DNA of 61,914 bases, filler included, from Basidiobolus ranarum (taxonomy: Eukaryota): assembly GCA_040143965.1 (NCBI GenBank). It is 22 parts of 22 records of this genome, joined end to end, with 100 filler letters (N's around TTAATTAATTAA, not from the genome) between each part and the next. Parts side by side here need not be neighbours in the genome. Positions count along the whole stretch, not along the records: positions 1 to 2,729 come from JASJQH010003027.1; positions 2,830 to 5,558 come from JASJQH010003028.1; positions 5,659 to 8,386 come from JASJQH010003029.1; positions 8,487 to 11,213 come from JASJQH010003030.1; 18 more parts are not named here. One strand, 5' to 3'. Made by a program: the position numbers and the translations under genes. This document shows, piece by piece, positions 1 through 11,200 of the stretch; the stretch's first letter is position 1, and every line of letters begins with the position of its first letter. Under the pieces are notes generated by a model. It had not been told where the DNA came from. It saw only the letters and a program-made list of their open reading frames with translations, and searched no databases.

Positions 1-1106
1 GTAAACACAGGTACTTTTTGAAAGGTGACCAAGAGTGGGAATATATAGTAAATGATCAGGAACGACGAGAAGCATGATTTTACTCATGGAATCTTCGGGG
101 ATTTCTATCCTCGGAATTCGATTTTAGGATATTTATTTGAATTTGTATTAGATTGAACTCAAAACTACGGATCAAAATCAATGGAAGAAACAAAGAAATG
201 AGTGATTTTGGATTATCTAACTAAAAAGAGCTAAAACTTCGATAGTGTTTACCCAAGTTAAACGTTCTTTTAACTCGGGTCCAATCACATATAGTTTGAG
301 TGTTTTCTAAATACGATTAATTGAAGAGAGAGAAAAGTGAGAAAAGACAAGTAGAATGAATAACATTGCTGAATACGGAAAATTTTCATTTGGGCAAATA
401 TTCATAATCATTCCCATTTGGAAATGCTCAGGCTTTCTATGATGCCTAATGGGGGACGAAAACTCCGATCACTTGCCTTTATCTAAGCTACATTGGAATC
501 GAATCTTGCTTAAGCTCGAAAACATACAAATTCTAATGAAACGTTACTGGTTAAACTGTCTTCTATGTGGCAACCTAACACAGTATAGATGATCGATAGT
601 AAAAGCTTGGTGCCAGCATCTCGGTACAGATGATTCTCGTTTCTTCTCTAGGATTAAAATAGTAATAAATATGTAGCAATCTAATTTATGCCAAGAAATT
701 TTCAGATAGTCTGAGATAAATATTAATCGTTGCATGATAATACTGTAATGGAGATTCAGGTAACATGATTGGTTTCTGCTTTCTACAGGAAACCCAAAGT
801 ACGTTACAATTCCAGGGATAAAAATATCCGAGGAATTCATTAGCAACAACATGCTTCTTGACATTTCTGATCATTTACCATATTATCGCACTCTCAGTCA
901 CCTTGAATAGTATGTTCGTCCGAATGCGTAACTCATTTTTGTGGCTTATTGGTCAAAATTGCAAGATTTATAGGCCTTTGGCAACTCTAACGTTGCTGCT
1001 CTGCATTTTAACTTGTTCAAGGAAGACATAATTATTGAACGATCATTATGGCTTCATCTTGATTGAATCCCTATGCCATTCGCTAACTTTCGATAGGCCT
1101 TGAGTA

Positions 1107-1798
1107 TTACCCCTTTAAGACCATGAAGGGAGTCAAGTTGGTGTACAGGGATTTAAGTTGTTTAGTGATTTGGTTGTCAAGAGAGGTGATTAACTCGTTG
1201 ATATGGGTTAGGCCATCGAAAGTAATTTTGATAGTGGATGTGTCAGAATTAAAGATAATATTGTCATCAGAGATATATTTTTTGGAGAGGACAGATTTAA
1301 GTTTGGTAGAGAAGGTATCTTCGGTGAAGAGATAACATCTTGAGTGGGGTGAGGAGTCTATTTTGATGGGAATGTGTTTTTTGTCAAATGAATTGGAGTG
1401 TTTCTTTACTGAATTTAAGATCACACCAAAGGCGAGGTCGATTTTTTACATTTTGTCGAGGCCCAGAGCTCGTAAGTTGGAGGTGGTATCAAGTACGTGG
1501 AAAACACCTGTGCGTAAGACGGAGACGTTTAAGTTGCCAAAGGTGGAGATGTTATCGATGATAATGTTATAGTTTATGTCGTTGACAAGTTTTTAGAGGA
1601 AAGGGATTTCGGTAGAGGAGAGGAGTAGATGTTTGAACGGTAAATTGTTGAGTAAGAGGGGGTTGGGAATGTGAGGAGAAAGTATGAGATCAGACACAAC
1701 GTCGAGAGGGGAGAGATGTGTTGGAGGTTTGGGGAAAAGGAGTTACAGAGGTCGAGGATAGCATTATAAGAGGAGTAAAGACGGGCAGGTTCGTGTAA
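1107..1798 (-). pseudogene. mutS: Internal fragment of a MutS7-type (giant-virus-like) mismatch-repair gene, lever/clamp region, pseudogenised
   Basis: Hand translation gives LHEPARLYSSYNAILDLCN (1798-1742), a frameshift, then HLLLSSTEIPFL*KLVNDINYNIIIDN. These match the MutS at 39515-41140 at 15/19 and 15/27 residues. The frame continues (NLNVSVLRTGVFHVLD...IKIDSSPHSRCYLFT...TIKITFDGLTHINELI) into ORF 1107-1424. In-frame TAA at 1593-1595 and 1446-1448. Same C-rich/G-poor coding strand as contig 39515-42230. The downstream end of homology is approximate. Confidence 0.85.
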
Positions 1799-2587
1799 TT
1801 TAGCCCACCTACCAACTAGCAGCTTTTCAACTGATCCATAATTAATCTAATCAAGACAAACATACTTTCATTTCAACATAAACTATGTTCTTGTGTTTAA
1901 GAGCATAACCACATACTTTTTAAGGCATAAAAAGCATTGAAGTATGAACGGGGGTTCGAAGTACCAACTAAAGAAGTCTATATGAATAAACGATAATTTT
2001 ACTTCTTTGAAAGCAATCTTCAACCAATTGAATTACTTGAGTGCTAGATACAAATTTTTTGATTATATACGTATGATAACGATTGATGTACTAAATTTTC
2101 ACCACTTCAATTCCTTACATGCAAAAATAGAAATGGGAAGTGTTTGAAACCTTTACGCAGACTGCCATATACCGGTCGTGAATGGGAATCAAAAGTCATT
2201 ATAATAGTATTGCTGTAAGAAAAGAAGAAAATCATCGATCTAAAGCTTCTGAATGTATTTACTGCTTATCACTAAGATATCTCACATACGATTATTAGAG
2301 GTAATCAGAATCATCTTAGATATTAGGCGTGCGGGCTAAATGATCGAGTTAACTAACAAAGAGGTTACAAATGACTCCAATACCACAAGTAGTAACCTTA
2401 ATGTAAAAATATAGATCCGAACTGGGTAAGCTAAATATTTTTTATTAAATCCATGAGCATTAATTAACTATCAATAATCGTAATTTCTAGGCGTTGGATA
2501 TCTTTATGTACGCAGTAATTCTCGTATATATATATATATGTATAATTCAAGTGATCAGCATTACAAACATGATCCTTGACAAGGGGT

Positions 2588-2729
2588 TTAGTTGCACTCG
2601 GCAATGACTGACTTCATGGCAGTAATGGCCATATCCATCTTCTTCTCTTCAGCAGCATTGAGCTTAATATCCATGATTTGCTCAACTCCATTAGCTCCCA
2701 AGACAGCGGGCATGGAGGCATAGACACCA
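2588..2729 (-). CDS. L-lactate/malate dehydrogenase, C-terminal fragment (5' part beyond the contig end)
   Basis: Translates as GVYASMPAVLGANGVEQIMDIKLNAAEEKKMDMAITAMKSVIAECN*. The SxPxVLGxNGVE...L...E pattern is the LDH/MDH C-terminus. Stop TAA at 2590-2588. Codon usage resembles RPL16. Confidence 0.75.
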
Positions 2730-2829
2730 NNNNNNNNNNNNNNNNNNNNNNNNNNNNNNNNNNNNNNNNNNNNTTAATTAATTAANNNNNNNNNNNNNNN
2801 NNNNNNNNNNNNNNNNNNNNNNNNNNNNN
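2730..2829. other. Artificial contig linker (N44-TTAATTAATTAA-N44), first of 21
   Basis: Identical 100-bp linkers also start at 5559, 8387, 11214, 14037, 16860, 19683, 22505, 25325, 28145, 30964, 33782, 36599, 39415, 42231, 45045, 47859, 50672, 53484, 56295 and 59105. The core has stops in all six frames, and contig lengths never increase along the window. Confidence 0.99.
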
Positions 2830-3590
2830 GATGAGGAAGGAGAGACAACAGGAGCCATATTACTTTGTTGTAGTCTTTCCAACAACTGGTTGTCACACTT
2901 AACTGCCAGATGGATTGCATCAGTCAAGGTCACTGGGTCAGCCATATTGAGTAAAAGATCCTTAATATCTTCTTGGAGTCCATATTGAAATTGGTTGATC
3001 AGCGCAGATTCTCCCCAATTGATAGCACAAGCAAGAAGGTGGAATTCTACAGTATAAGTTGATGCAGTCTTTGATCCTTGTTTGAGTGGATGGAGCTTGG
3101 TGGCTGAAGTTCTTTCCTTACCTGCATTTCCAAATGTGGCTTTGAGTTCAGCAAGAAAAGCAAGGAAGGTTGAAGGAAGTGGAGACTTACTCTCCATGAA
3201 AGAACCAAACAAAACTAGAGCTGTTCCTGATAATAGTGTTCCCACTATGCCTACTTTTTTTTGGTCAGTGGAGTAGTCATAGGGATGTTCCTGGATGATC
3301 AGTTTACTTAATTCATAAAAACACCATAGTGTTGGCAAGTGCCATCAAACTTATTTAGTAAGAAGATCTTGTGTTCAGGAGTTGGATTTGCAGGATAGTT
3401 GCATGGAGCTGGATTCAGTACATGAGCAAGAGAACCACAAAGTTCTTTATTTTCTTGCTGAAGCTGAGTAAGAACTTGCATGATATTGCCCATGGTGGGG
3501 GCTGGTGTAGATATAATACTTACTATGATGGGAGCTTTAACAAAAATAAAATTGATTTGATCCAGATTGGATCCACTCTTCGGAATCACA
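2830..3590 (-). mobile_element. Ty3/Gypsy gag remnant (retrotransposon gag, PEG10-like), frameshifted
   Basis: ORFs 3308-3589 and 2778-3338 join into PEHKIFLLNKFDGT.../KVGIVGTLLSGTAL...LKQGSKTASTYTVEF...QFQYGLQEDIKD, which are typical Gypsy capsid motifs. Confidence 0.85.
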
Positions 3591-3594
3591 ATAT

Positions 3595-4775
3595 TGTCAG
3601 AGCACCATCAAATTATTGATGGCTTGCATGTGGCCAGGGATTTTGATGGTGTGGTGATGGCTTCTTGACAGTATTATGATGGTATTCAGACATGTCAAAT
3701 TATTGATCCTCATGTTTGGACTGCATTATTTTATTTCTGGCTATTTTTGCAAAAATCTAATTTTTGACTGGCAAATTACTGGGTTTACTGCTGTAGGTTC
3801 TCAAATTAATATGCATACCTTGATTTAGATATTTTTGGATTTGTATTCCAGCCATAATGAGAATGTAAAAATAAAAGAATTTTGTTGTGTTTATTGTCTA
3901 CATATGGACATACTTGACTGATTGGAAATAACTCAGCAACATTGTCATGCTTTACCAGCAAACTAATGGTGGAAAAATTGCTAAGCATCTGAAATTTCGA
4001 GTAGCACTGACACTTGCCAAATAGCTGACTTTTCTTACCATTCACAATGAGAATAAGGTCTTGGATTTGGGTAAATTTCTGTAAAGAATTCAGCCAATGT
4101 ATCCATAACTTGCAGTCAACAAATGTGCAGCCACAAGTAGATGTGTTGTTGCTTGAACAGATTACCCCATGGCTAAAATGATAATACTATGTATCTCAAT
4201 CCATCTCACCAAGAAGTCTGTCTTGCAACTTTCCTTGAAATACCATCTTATAATTGCACAAACAAATTAGTCCAAATTATAGGGGTGCTTACTCTGTGTC
4301 CATGGATTAGGCTTTGTTGCTGTTATTGTGCTCAGACACTGTGAAAACGCATGAGCACATTGAAAAGAGCCCTTGTTGGAAGGTAAATATACTCTAGAGT
4401 ATTGTTGATCCATTGCATTACATGCATTACTAATTTTGCTGATACAATGTTAATAAGATTAGCATATGGTGATACTGACAATTTCACATGGAGCATCATT
4501 TCACCATAGGAGCACTCCATTAAGAACTCTCAGTATGTATAGCAAGGGCCAATAATCTCTAAGCATTGTGAAAGATGCAGCAGGGAATGTATTGAATACC
4601 AGCATAGATTCAGTCTATCATCTTTAAGCCTGTAATAAAGTTATTTGTATCCAGCTACAAATTCTTTGTACAGCTGCTGTATCTGCCTGAGATCTGCCAA
4701 AGTGAGTTAATGCCATCAGAATATATTAACAATATCCACAATCAACTCCCCATGCTGCCAATACTTTTTGCAGTC
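3595..4775 (-). mobile_element. CACTA/En-Spm-type transposase 3' remnant and subterminal region
   Basis: Reverse-complement homolog of about 10040-11200. Motifs GPCYT.WEF.ME...GEMM and SPYANL.N. Many stops. Confidence 0.75.
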
Positions 4776-4974
4776 CCCATGAAAAATATGGGGATGAATA
4801 CCAGAGAAAAACCAGGAACACACAAATATAGAGGTAGGAATACCATAAGAAATTAAAAGGAAAAAAAGACTGGTAGGGAAACCATAAGAAGATTGTAGCA
4901 ATACCAGCATAATACCATTATAAAACAGTAAGAAAATAGTATGAAATGCAAATCTAAATTTTTTTTGTTAGGGG
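4776..4974. repeat. Possible second terminus of the CCCTAACA-ended element, with ACCAT subrepeats
   Basis: Ends in AAATTTTTTTTGTTAGGG, like the termini at 46534, 51266 and 21696 (reverse), but the interior differs. Internal duplication GGTAGGAATACCATAAGAA / GGTAGGGAAACCATAAGAA. Confidence 0.4.
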
Positions 4975-5558
4975 TAGTATTACCAAAACTTTCAGGCACA
5001 GCACAACCAGTTGACTTAGTGGGCAAAACTAAAGTTGATTTTGTGAGCTTGTTACAATTGATACTCACAAGGCTCTATGCAGCTGGTGGCTTAGTTCAGT
5101 GACTGTGCTTGTGATTATTTCTATAAAACCTCCAGCCTTCATAGCACAAGAATTTCTGACAATAATAGCAGGGCTTCTGTAAGTGTTTGTACTGTGGCAT
5201 GATAACGTTATTATGGAAAACAGAACACCTCCTACATAAGGGTGGTACTTTAGGCATAGCCCATCAATATCACCAGCTGATTCTGAGATGGAGTGACAGA
5301 TAAGTCATCAGGGGACTTACAAAATATTCCTGCTAATTAATGGCAATTTTTGTTTATTATAAGCTGTTTCTAAGCAATTTCATTACACCAAACCTACCAT
5401 CTGAAAATTTTGATGCCATTCCAAAAGCATTCAAAATCTTCACAAAAATGGACTTCCAAGCCTAAGCCTGCTGGCACAAAAGGAAAAAAACCAGAAGTAA
5501 TAGAGGACTCTATTGATGAGCAGTCTAGCAATCTAATGTTAGACTTGTTCCATCGGAC
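4975..5558 (+). repeat. Dispersed CpG-depleted repeat with a decayed unknown ORF (family X)
   Basis: Homologous to about 20100-20725 (reverse) and 43150-43420. Shared GCACAGCCAGTGGACTCAGTGGGCAAA and GCAGCTGGTGGCTT blocks. Confidence 0.65.
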
Positions 5559-5771
5559 NNNNNNNNNNNNNNNNNNNNNNNNNNNNNNNNNNNNNNNNNN
5601 NNTTAATTAATTAANNNNNNNNNNNNNNNNNNNNNNNNNNNNNNNNNNNNNNNNNNNNAGCACCATCTCATGCTTGAAATAATCATCAGTTAATAAAGTC
5701 TGTGCATTGATGTTCAGCCATTGCAACCATTAGTTAAAAGTAATGTTATTATTATGAAGCAACACATGCGA

Positions 5772-5816
5772 TTAGGGTTATGATAGTCAGATTAACATTG
5801 CAAAACCTAACCCTAA
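5772..5816. promoter_or_regulatory. Inverted pair of telomere-like boxes upstream of RPL16 (candidate Tbf1/telo-box sites)
   Basis: TTAGGGTTA at 5772-5780 and its exact reverse complement TAACCCTAA at 5808-5816, 27 bp apart and 210-255 bp before the ATG. Confidence 0.55.
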
Positions 5817-6025
5817 ATCATAGCTAGCAAATGGATTTTTCACAGATTGGTGAAAACGATCACTACTCGGGGTAATCAGATATTCTAATTTTTTGCTTGG
5901 GCCAGAGTGTGTATAAGACTTTTTTCGATGGGTACTGGGATTTCTTTCTCTTTTAACTTCCCGTTGGAAACGCAGCTTAGATCCTTCTCACCCTATCCTA
6001 GAGGAAGAGAATTGATTGTATCATA

Positions 6026-6731
6026 ATGAGCACTTTCGAAAAGGTTAATATACTATTCTGATTTATTGGAAATGTTAATGCGATGGATGGCACATCATTC
6101 ATTTAGGATATAATGAGCTGACAATTTCCATTTTTATTAGGTTGTTGTTATCGATGCCAGAGGTCATCTCCTCGGTCGTCTTGCTTCTATCATCTCCAAG
6201 CAAATTCTTACCGGTCAAAAGGTTGTCGTTGTCCGTTGCGAGGAATTGAACGTTACTGGTTCTTTCTTCAGAAACAAGATTAAGTACCACGCTTTCCTCC
6301 GCAAGCGTTGTCTTGTTAACCCTTCCAAGGGTCCCTATCATTTCCGTGCTCCTTCCCGTATCCTCTGGCGTACTATCCGCGGTATGATTCCCCACAAGAC
6401 TGCTCGTGGTAATGCCGCCATGGAACGCCTCAAGCTCTTCGAAGGTATTCCTCCTCCTTATGATACCATGAAGCGTATGGTTGTTCCTTCCGCTCTCCGT
6501 GTCCTCCGTCTCAAGCCTGGTCGCAAGTTCACCACCTTGAACCGTTTGAGTCGCGAAGTCGGCTGGAAGTACGACGATGTTGTCAAGACTCTCGAAGAGA
6601 AGCGCAAGGTCAAGTCCAAGGCTTACTACGAACGCAAGAAGGCCATTCTCAACTTGAAGAACAAGGCCTCTGCCGCCAAGGCCGAAGAATTGAAGAGCAT
6701 CAACGAGTCTATGGCTGCTTATGGTTACTAA
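6026..6731 (+). CDS. RPL16: 60S ribosomal protein L16 (uL13/L13a); exons 6026-6043 and 6141-6731
   Basis: ATG AGC ACT TTC GAA AAG, then a 97-nt GT..AG intron (6044-6140) with a CTGAC branch-point-like motif, then [16 protein letters not shown]...[21 protein letters not shown]...AYGY*. 202 aa. Confidence 0.98.
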
Positions 6732-7373
6732 GTTTTCCGCACTTGTCTTCAATAATAAATAATAAATTAAATCCGTTTCAATCAACAATCACTGACCATA
6801 TAACTCACAACTAATATTGAATATTTGCTATGGTAGCATGAATAGAGTACTGTATACTGAATAAGATTCTTCAGGTACTCATTCCCATCCTCTAGATTTA
6901 CTTCGTTTCCAGATAGACAGTGATAGCTTACTGTTTCTCAGTAGTCGCTCTCCAAAATCTCTTGATATTTATAGCAAAAAAGTGAGCAGAGTTGTGCATT
7001 TTTGGTATCTACTCAGCTTTCCTCTCACTATATGCGTCTGGTACATCTTCTTGTAGACCTTTGGAGGCATGTCAATATAGTGCTCCCTCCAAAACAGATT
7101 TAAAAGTTTTCTCCGTCTAAGCATTTCCGGCTTCATTTCATTTATCTTTCTATTGTATTCACTAGTATATACCATTTATAATCACCATAATTGATGCAAA
7201 TAGGATTATCAATAGTTCAATTAGGTTTCTTAAATTTATAACCAGATGCAAAATCTATATTATGTTAGGCTGTCGCAAATCACTTGGATTTTTTCATCCT
7301 CATTAGAACGATTCCTTGTCTTATTTCCTTCAGTCTAATAATAAGCTCAAGTAAACAAATGTTTTGGACTTGA

Positions 7374-7720
7374 TGTTGAAATAAGCATAGCCGCAACACC
7401 TATATAGTCATATATGTTAGTATTTAGTTATTCCATATTGAACTAAGATATCACAGACTATTAGAAATCGGTATTTACTTAAAATACTTCTACCAACTTA
7501 GAAGTTCTCAGATATATAGATTTTTCAAACTTATGATAGAAGTTCCAAACTTTGCACACATGTTTCTGGGATTTTTCTTAACACATTCTACACGTTTGTT
7601 TATTTACCTCTTGACAAAACTATAGATGTCAATTGAATACTCAATAGATCAATAAGTGAAATCCACCCATATTCCTAGTTCAAAAAACCACCTCCAACAA
7701 ACTCCCAAAACACTTGAACA
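7374..7720 (+). mobile_element. Solo Copia LTR, family B, with 5-bp target-site duplication
   Basis: TGTTGAAAT...TTGAACA, homologous to the other family-B LTRs. Flanks CTTGA and CTTGC (4/5 match). Confidence 0.8.
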
Positions 7721-8027
7721 CTTGCAAGTGTAATTTAGGGAGACTTTTACACCAACATCAGATGAGTGAATTATAACATATATTTCAAATCAAAAATTGC
7801 AATAAGTTTGGGGTCCATCCACTGTTTGACCCTAACTCTAACTATTGTTATGGAACAAAAAAAATATGAAATTACTCATTAACAAAGTGACAAATTCTTA
7901 GAATATAGAACTAACTAACACTATACTTTATACTTCAACCAGTTATTGAACTGGGTTCCTGAGTACGGTTTCCAAAATTAGTTGTATGATCTGTTGACTG
8001 ATAGCTCAGGAACACAGCACAATATAG

Positions 8028-8318
8028 TGTTATAGGTTAAAGAGTATGGCTCCCTAAGGTGTATACAAATAGAAAACTTTGAGAGTTAACTTGCAGATTC
8101 GAGGTAGTAGTATAAGAAAATTCTTCCCGTAGCTCTTCTTTCATAATCCTAATTCCTTCCTTTTATTATATTGCAATGACAGGTATTTATATGTGCTTGT
8201 GGGTATATGCATTCTGACTTGTTGGTACTAATTCCTAATTTCGTTGCTATCTTAGTGGACAGCACTTAAGTCTTTGTTACGTTATGCTTTACTCATGTTT
8301 TCCGTTTACTTTGTAACA
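8028..8318. mobile_element. Possible solo LTR of another family
   Basis: TGTTAT...GTAACA termini, 291 bp. No second copy in the window and no clean TSD. Confidence 0.3.
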
Positions 8319-8486
8319 ATAACCATATTGAGCCTGGTTCCTGAGGTGAGTGCAATTTCGGGACTTGATTCACTGATAAATTGACTNNNNNNNNNNNNNN
8401 NNNNNNNNNNNNNNNNNNNNNNNNNNNNNNTTAATTAATTAANNNNNNNNNNNNNNNNNNNNNNNNNNNNNNNNNNNNNNNNNNNN

Positions 8487-8891
8487 CAGGATAGTTGTGG
8501 AACACTTCCAATGATGATATATATGCATATGCAGCATTCTGCAAAAAGCCGCAGACTCTCAGTCAAGCCCTTGTATGTCAAGAATCAAAATTATGGGAAA
8601 AAGCAATGTCTGATGTGTTTTCTTCACTTCAGGACAATAAAACATGGCTTTTAAGCCCTCTACCATCAGTGAGAAACCCAATGGTTACAAATGAGTCTAC
8701 AAAGGCAAAAACTGAGCTGATAGAACTATAGAAAGAAACACAGCAAAATTAGTTGCAAAAGGTTGTTCCCAGACACCAGGAGTTGATTTTGATGAAACTT
8801 TTGCACCAGTAGCTAAGTTTAGCTCCATTTGATCAATCTTGGCACTCTCAGCCATCCATAACCTTGACTTCCTTCAAAAGGATGTAAAAAC
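8487..8891 (+). mobile_element. Copia reverse transcriptase N-terminal remnant
   Basis: PQTLSQAL..WEKAM..SLQDNKTW.L..LP, then LVAKGCSQ.PGVDFDETFAPVAKFSSI*...DVKT. Confidence 0.9.
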
Positions 8892-9240
8892 TGTTGAAAT
8901 TAGGAAAATAGCAACTCATTATTTAGTAGTTAGTTTACTCATATTCTGATTGTTTAGCACTCAAAGTCATTCAAAAATGTGTGTTTATTGCTCTAATTGA
9001 TAGAAATATCAATTAGATCACTTTTACCAATTTTTATTATTTTCTCAAATCTTCTCCAAATCACCTCAAATTTTCACCCATGCTTGACATGCATGTTTGT
9101 TATGATCTAAACATGTCTGATAGTTCTATTTAATAGTAAGCTACAAATACAACATATTCAATTCAATAAAATTGAAGTGTCTCTTTCACAAATTCAAATC
9201 TGGTTGAAATCACTTCCAAATCCTCTAAACACTTTTGACA
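8892..9240 (+). mobile_element. Copia LTR, family A (about 350 bp), no TSD
   Basis: TGTTGAAATTAGG...AACACTTTTGACA. Homologous to 23081, 27040, 36745, 44654 and the reverse copies. Confidence 0.85.
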
Positions 9241-11200
9241 ACTCCTGCCATCAGTAAACTTGGAGGTTTTTGTAGGCGCAATGCACTATCTTGCAGTAGG
9301 TTTTGTCAAATTGATGGAGTTTACTCTATCAGGCATATGCATTACTACTATCCAAATACAAAACTAAACTCCATGACTTCATCATCAGGAGCCCAGTCAG
9401 ATTTCAACATGATCACTGATATCAATTCACCAAATAGTCAGTCTAACAACCAATATGGTATTAGCTGGCCAAACCTAAGATGCTTTATTAGAGATTGGTG
9501 ACACTCCTGTCATCAGTAAACTTGGAGGTTTTTGTTGACACAATGTACTATCTTGTTGTAGATTTTATCAAATGAATAAAGTGTACTCTATGAGGCAGAA
9601 GCATTACTACCATCTAAATACAACACTAAAATCAATGATTTTACTGTTAAGAACCCAGTCAGATTTCAACTTGCTCACTGATATCAATTCACCAAACAGT
9701 CAGGCTAACATCAAACTTGGGATTGGCCATAAGCCCAAGATTATATTGCTCAAGGAGATCAGCTGGAGCCAGAGCTTTCCATTAGGCACTATGCACTTAA
9801 TATTCAACAACATTCCAATACTACTTATTTGGCTATATAGTAGAAAATTCAATATGAATGAGCCATTTGAGATAGGATCAAAGATTGAATCATTTGGGAA
9901 ACTGCTTGATAATGTCAAGATACCTTGATTTTTACCAGAACTCCCATAAATATCCACTCATCTAGGTGTTTATTCCAATGCAAACACTGGAAGTATTGGA
10001 TTTGTTGATACTCAAGTGGAATCTTGAGAAGATGTCTGCCTGATAAGTATTGGCAAGTTGGCAGTTTTTGTCAATATTGTGAATATATTCTTATGGCGTC
10101 AACTCACATTGCAGATATCAGGCAGAGATAGCAACTGTGCAACAAGCTTGTAACTTGATATGAAAAACTCTATTACAGATTTAAAGAGATAGACTGAATC
10201 TATGCTGGTATTCAATACATTCCCAGCTGCATCATTCTCATTGCTTGGAAAATTGTAGGCCCTTGCTATACATTCTGGGAGTTCTCAATGGAGCACACCT
10301 GTGGTGAAATGATGCTTCATGTGAAATTGTCAGTATTACTGTAGGCTAATCTGATTAACAATGTACCAGCAAAATCAGTGATGGATGTAATGCACTGAAT
10401 TAAGGTGACTCCAGAGTATATTGACCTTTCAACAAGGGGCTCTTTTCAATGTGCTCACAGGTTTTTGCATTGTGTATGGACAATAACAGCAACAAAGTCC
10501 AATCCATGCACACAAAGTCAGTACCTGTAAAATTTGGACAAATTTGTTTGTGTTATTATCCAATGGAATTTCTAGGAAAGCTGCAAGATAGACTTCTTGG
10601 TGAGATAGATCAAGATACACAGCATTATTGTTTTAGCCATGTCGTGATCTATGACACATCCACTTATGGCAGGAAATCTGTTGACTTGAAGGCAGAGATA
10701 TATTGGCAGAATTCTTAATGGAAATTTGCCAAATCCAAGCCCTTATTCTCTTTGTGAATGGTAACAAGATTCAGCCCTTTGCCAAGAGTCAGTGCTATTC
10801 AAATTTTCAGATGTTTAGCAACATGGCCACCATTAGCTAGCTTGTAAATCATCTTGATGTTGTTGAGTTATGTGTGATCAGTTCAGTATGTGCATATGTT
10901 GAAACTTAACATGACAAGATTCTTGCATTTTTTGATTCTCATTATGGCTTGAATACATAGCCAAAAATATCCAAATAAAGGCATGAATACAATTTTATAT
11001 TCCTACAGCAGTAAACCCAGTAATTTGCCATTTGAAAATTAGATTCTTGCACAGATTGCCTGAAATTACATAAAACATGCCAAACATAAGGATCAATGTC
11101 TAACATGTGCAAATACCATCAAGATACCATCAAAAAACCACCATCACACCATAAAAATCCCTGGCAGAATGCAAGCCACCAATATTGTGATAGTTCTCAC
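9241..11200 (+). mobile_element. CACTA/En-Spm-type transposase remnant (central to 3') with subterminal ACCATCA-like repeats
   Basis: PAISKLGGF..NALSC.RFCQI.G, FPLGTMHL.FNNIP, GPCYTFWEFSME..CGEMM. About 260-bp internal duplication (9241/9503). Repeated ACCAT(C/A)A at 11110-11185. Confidence 0.8.

Noticed and set aside
330-1100. Short ORFs (544-864, 686-874) that might be a decayed gene
   Set aside because: No recognisable motif or consistent frame.
1107-1424. 105-aa ORF first considered as a stand-alone TBP-like or viral transcription factor gene
   Set aside because: Reading through the upstream stops and frameshift shows it is part of the MutS fragment.
6099-6788. 229-aa antisense ORF over RPL16
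   Set aside because: Shadow of the strong codon bias of a highly expressed gene; no independent motifs.
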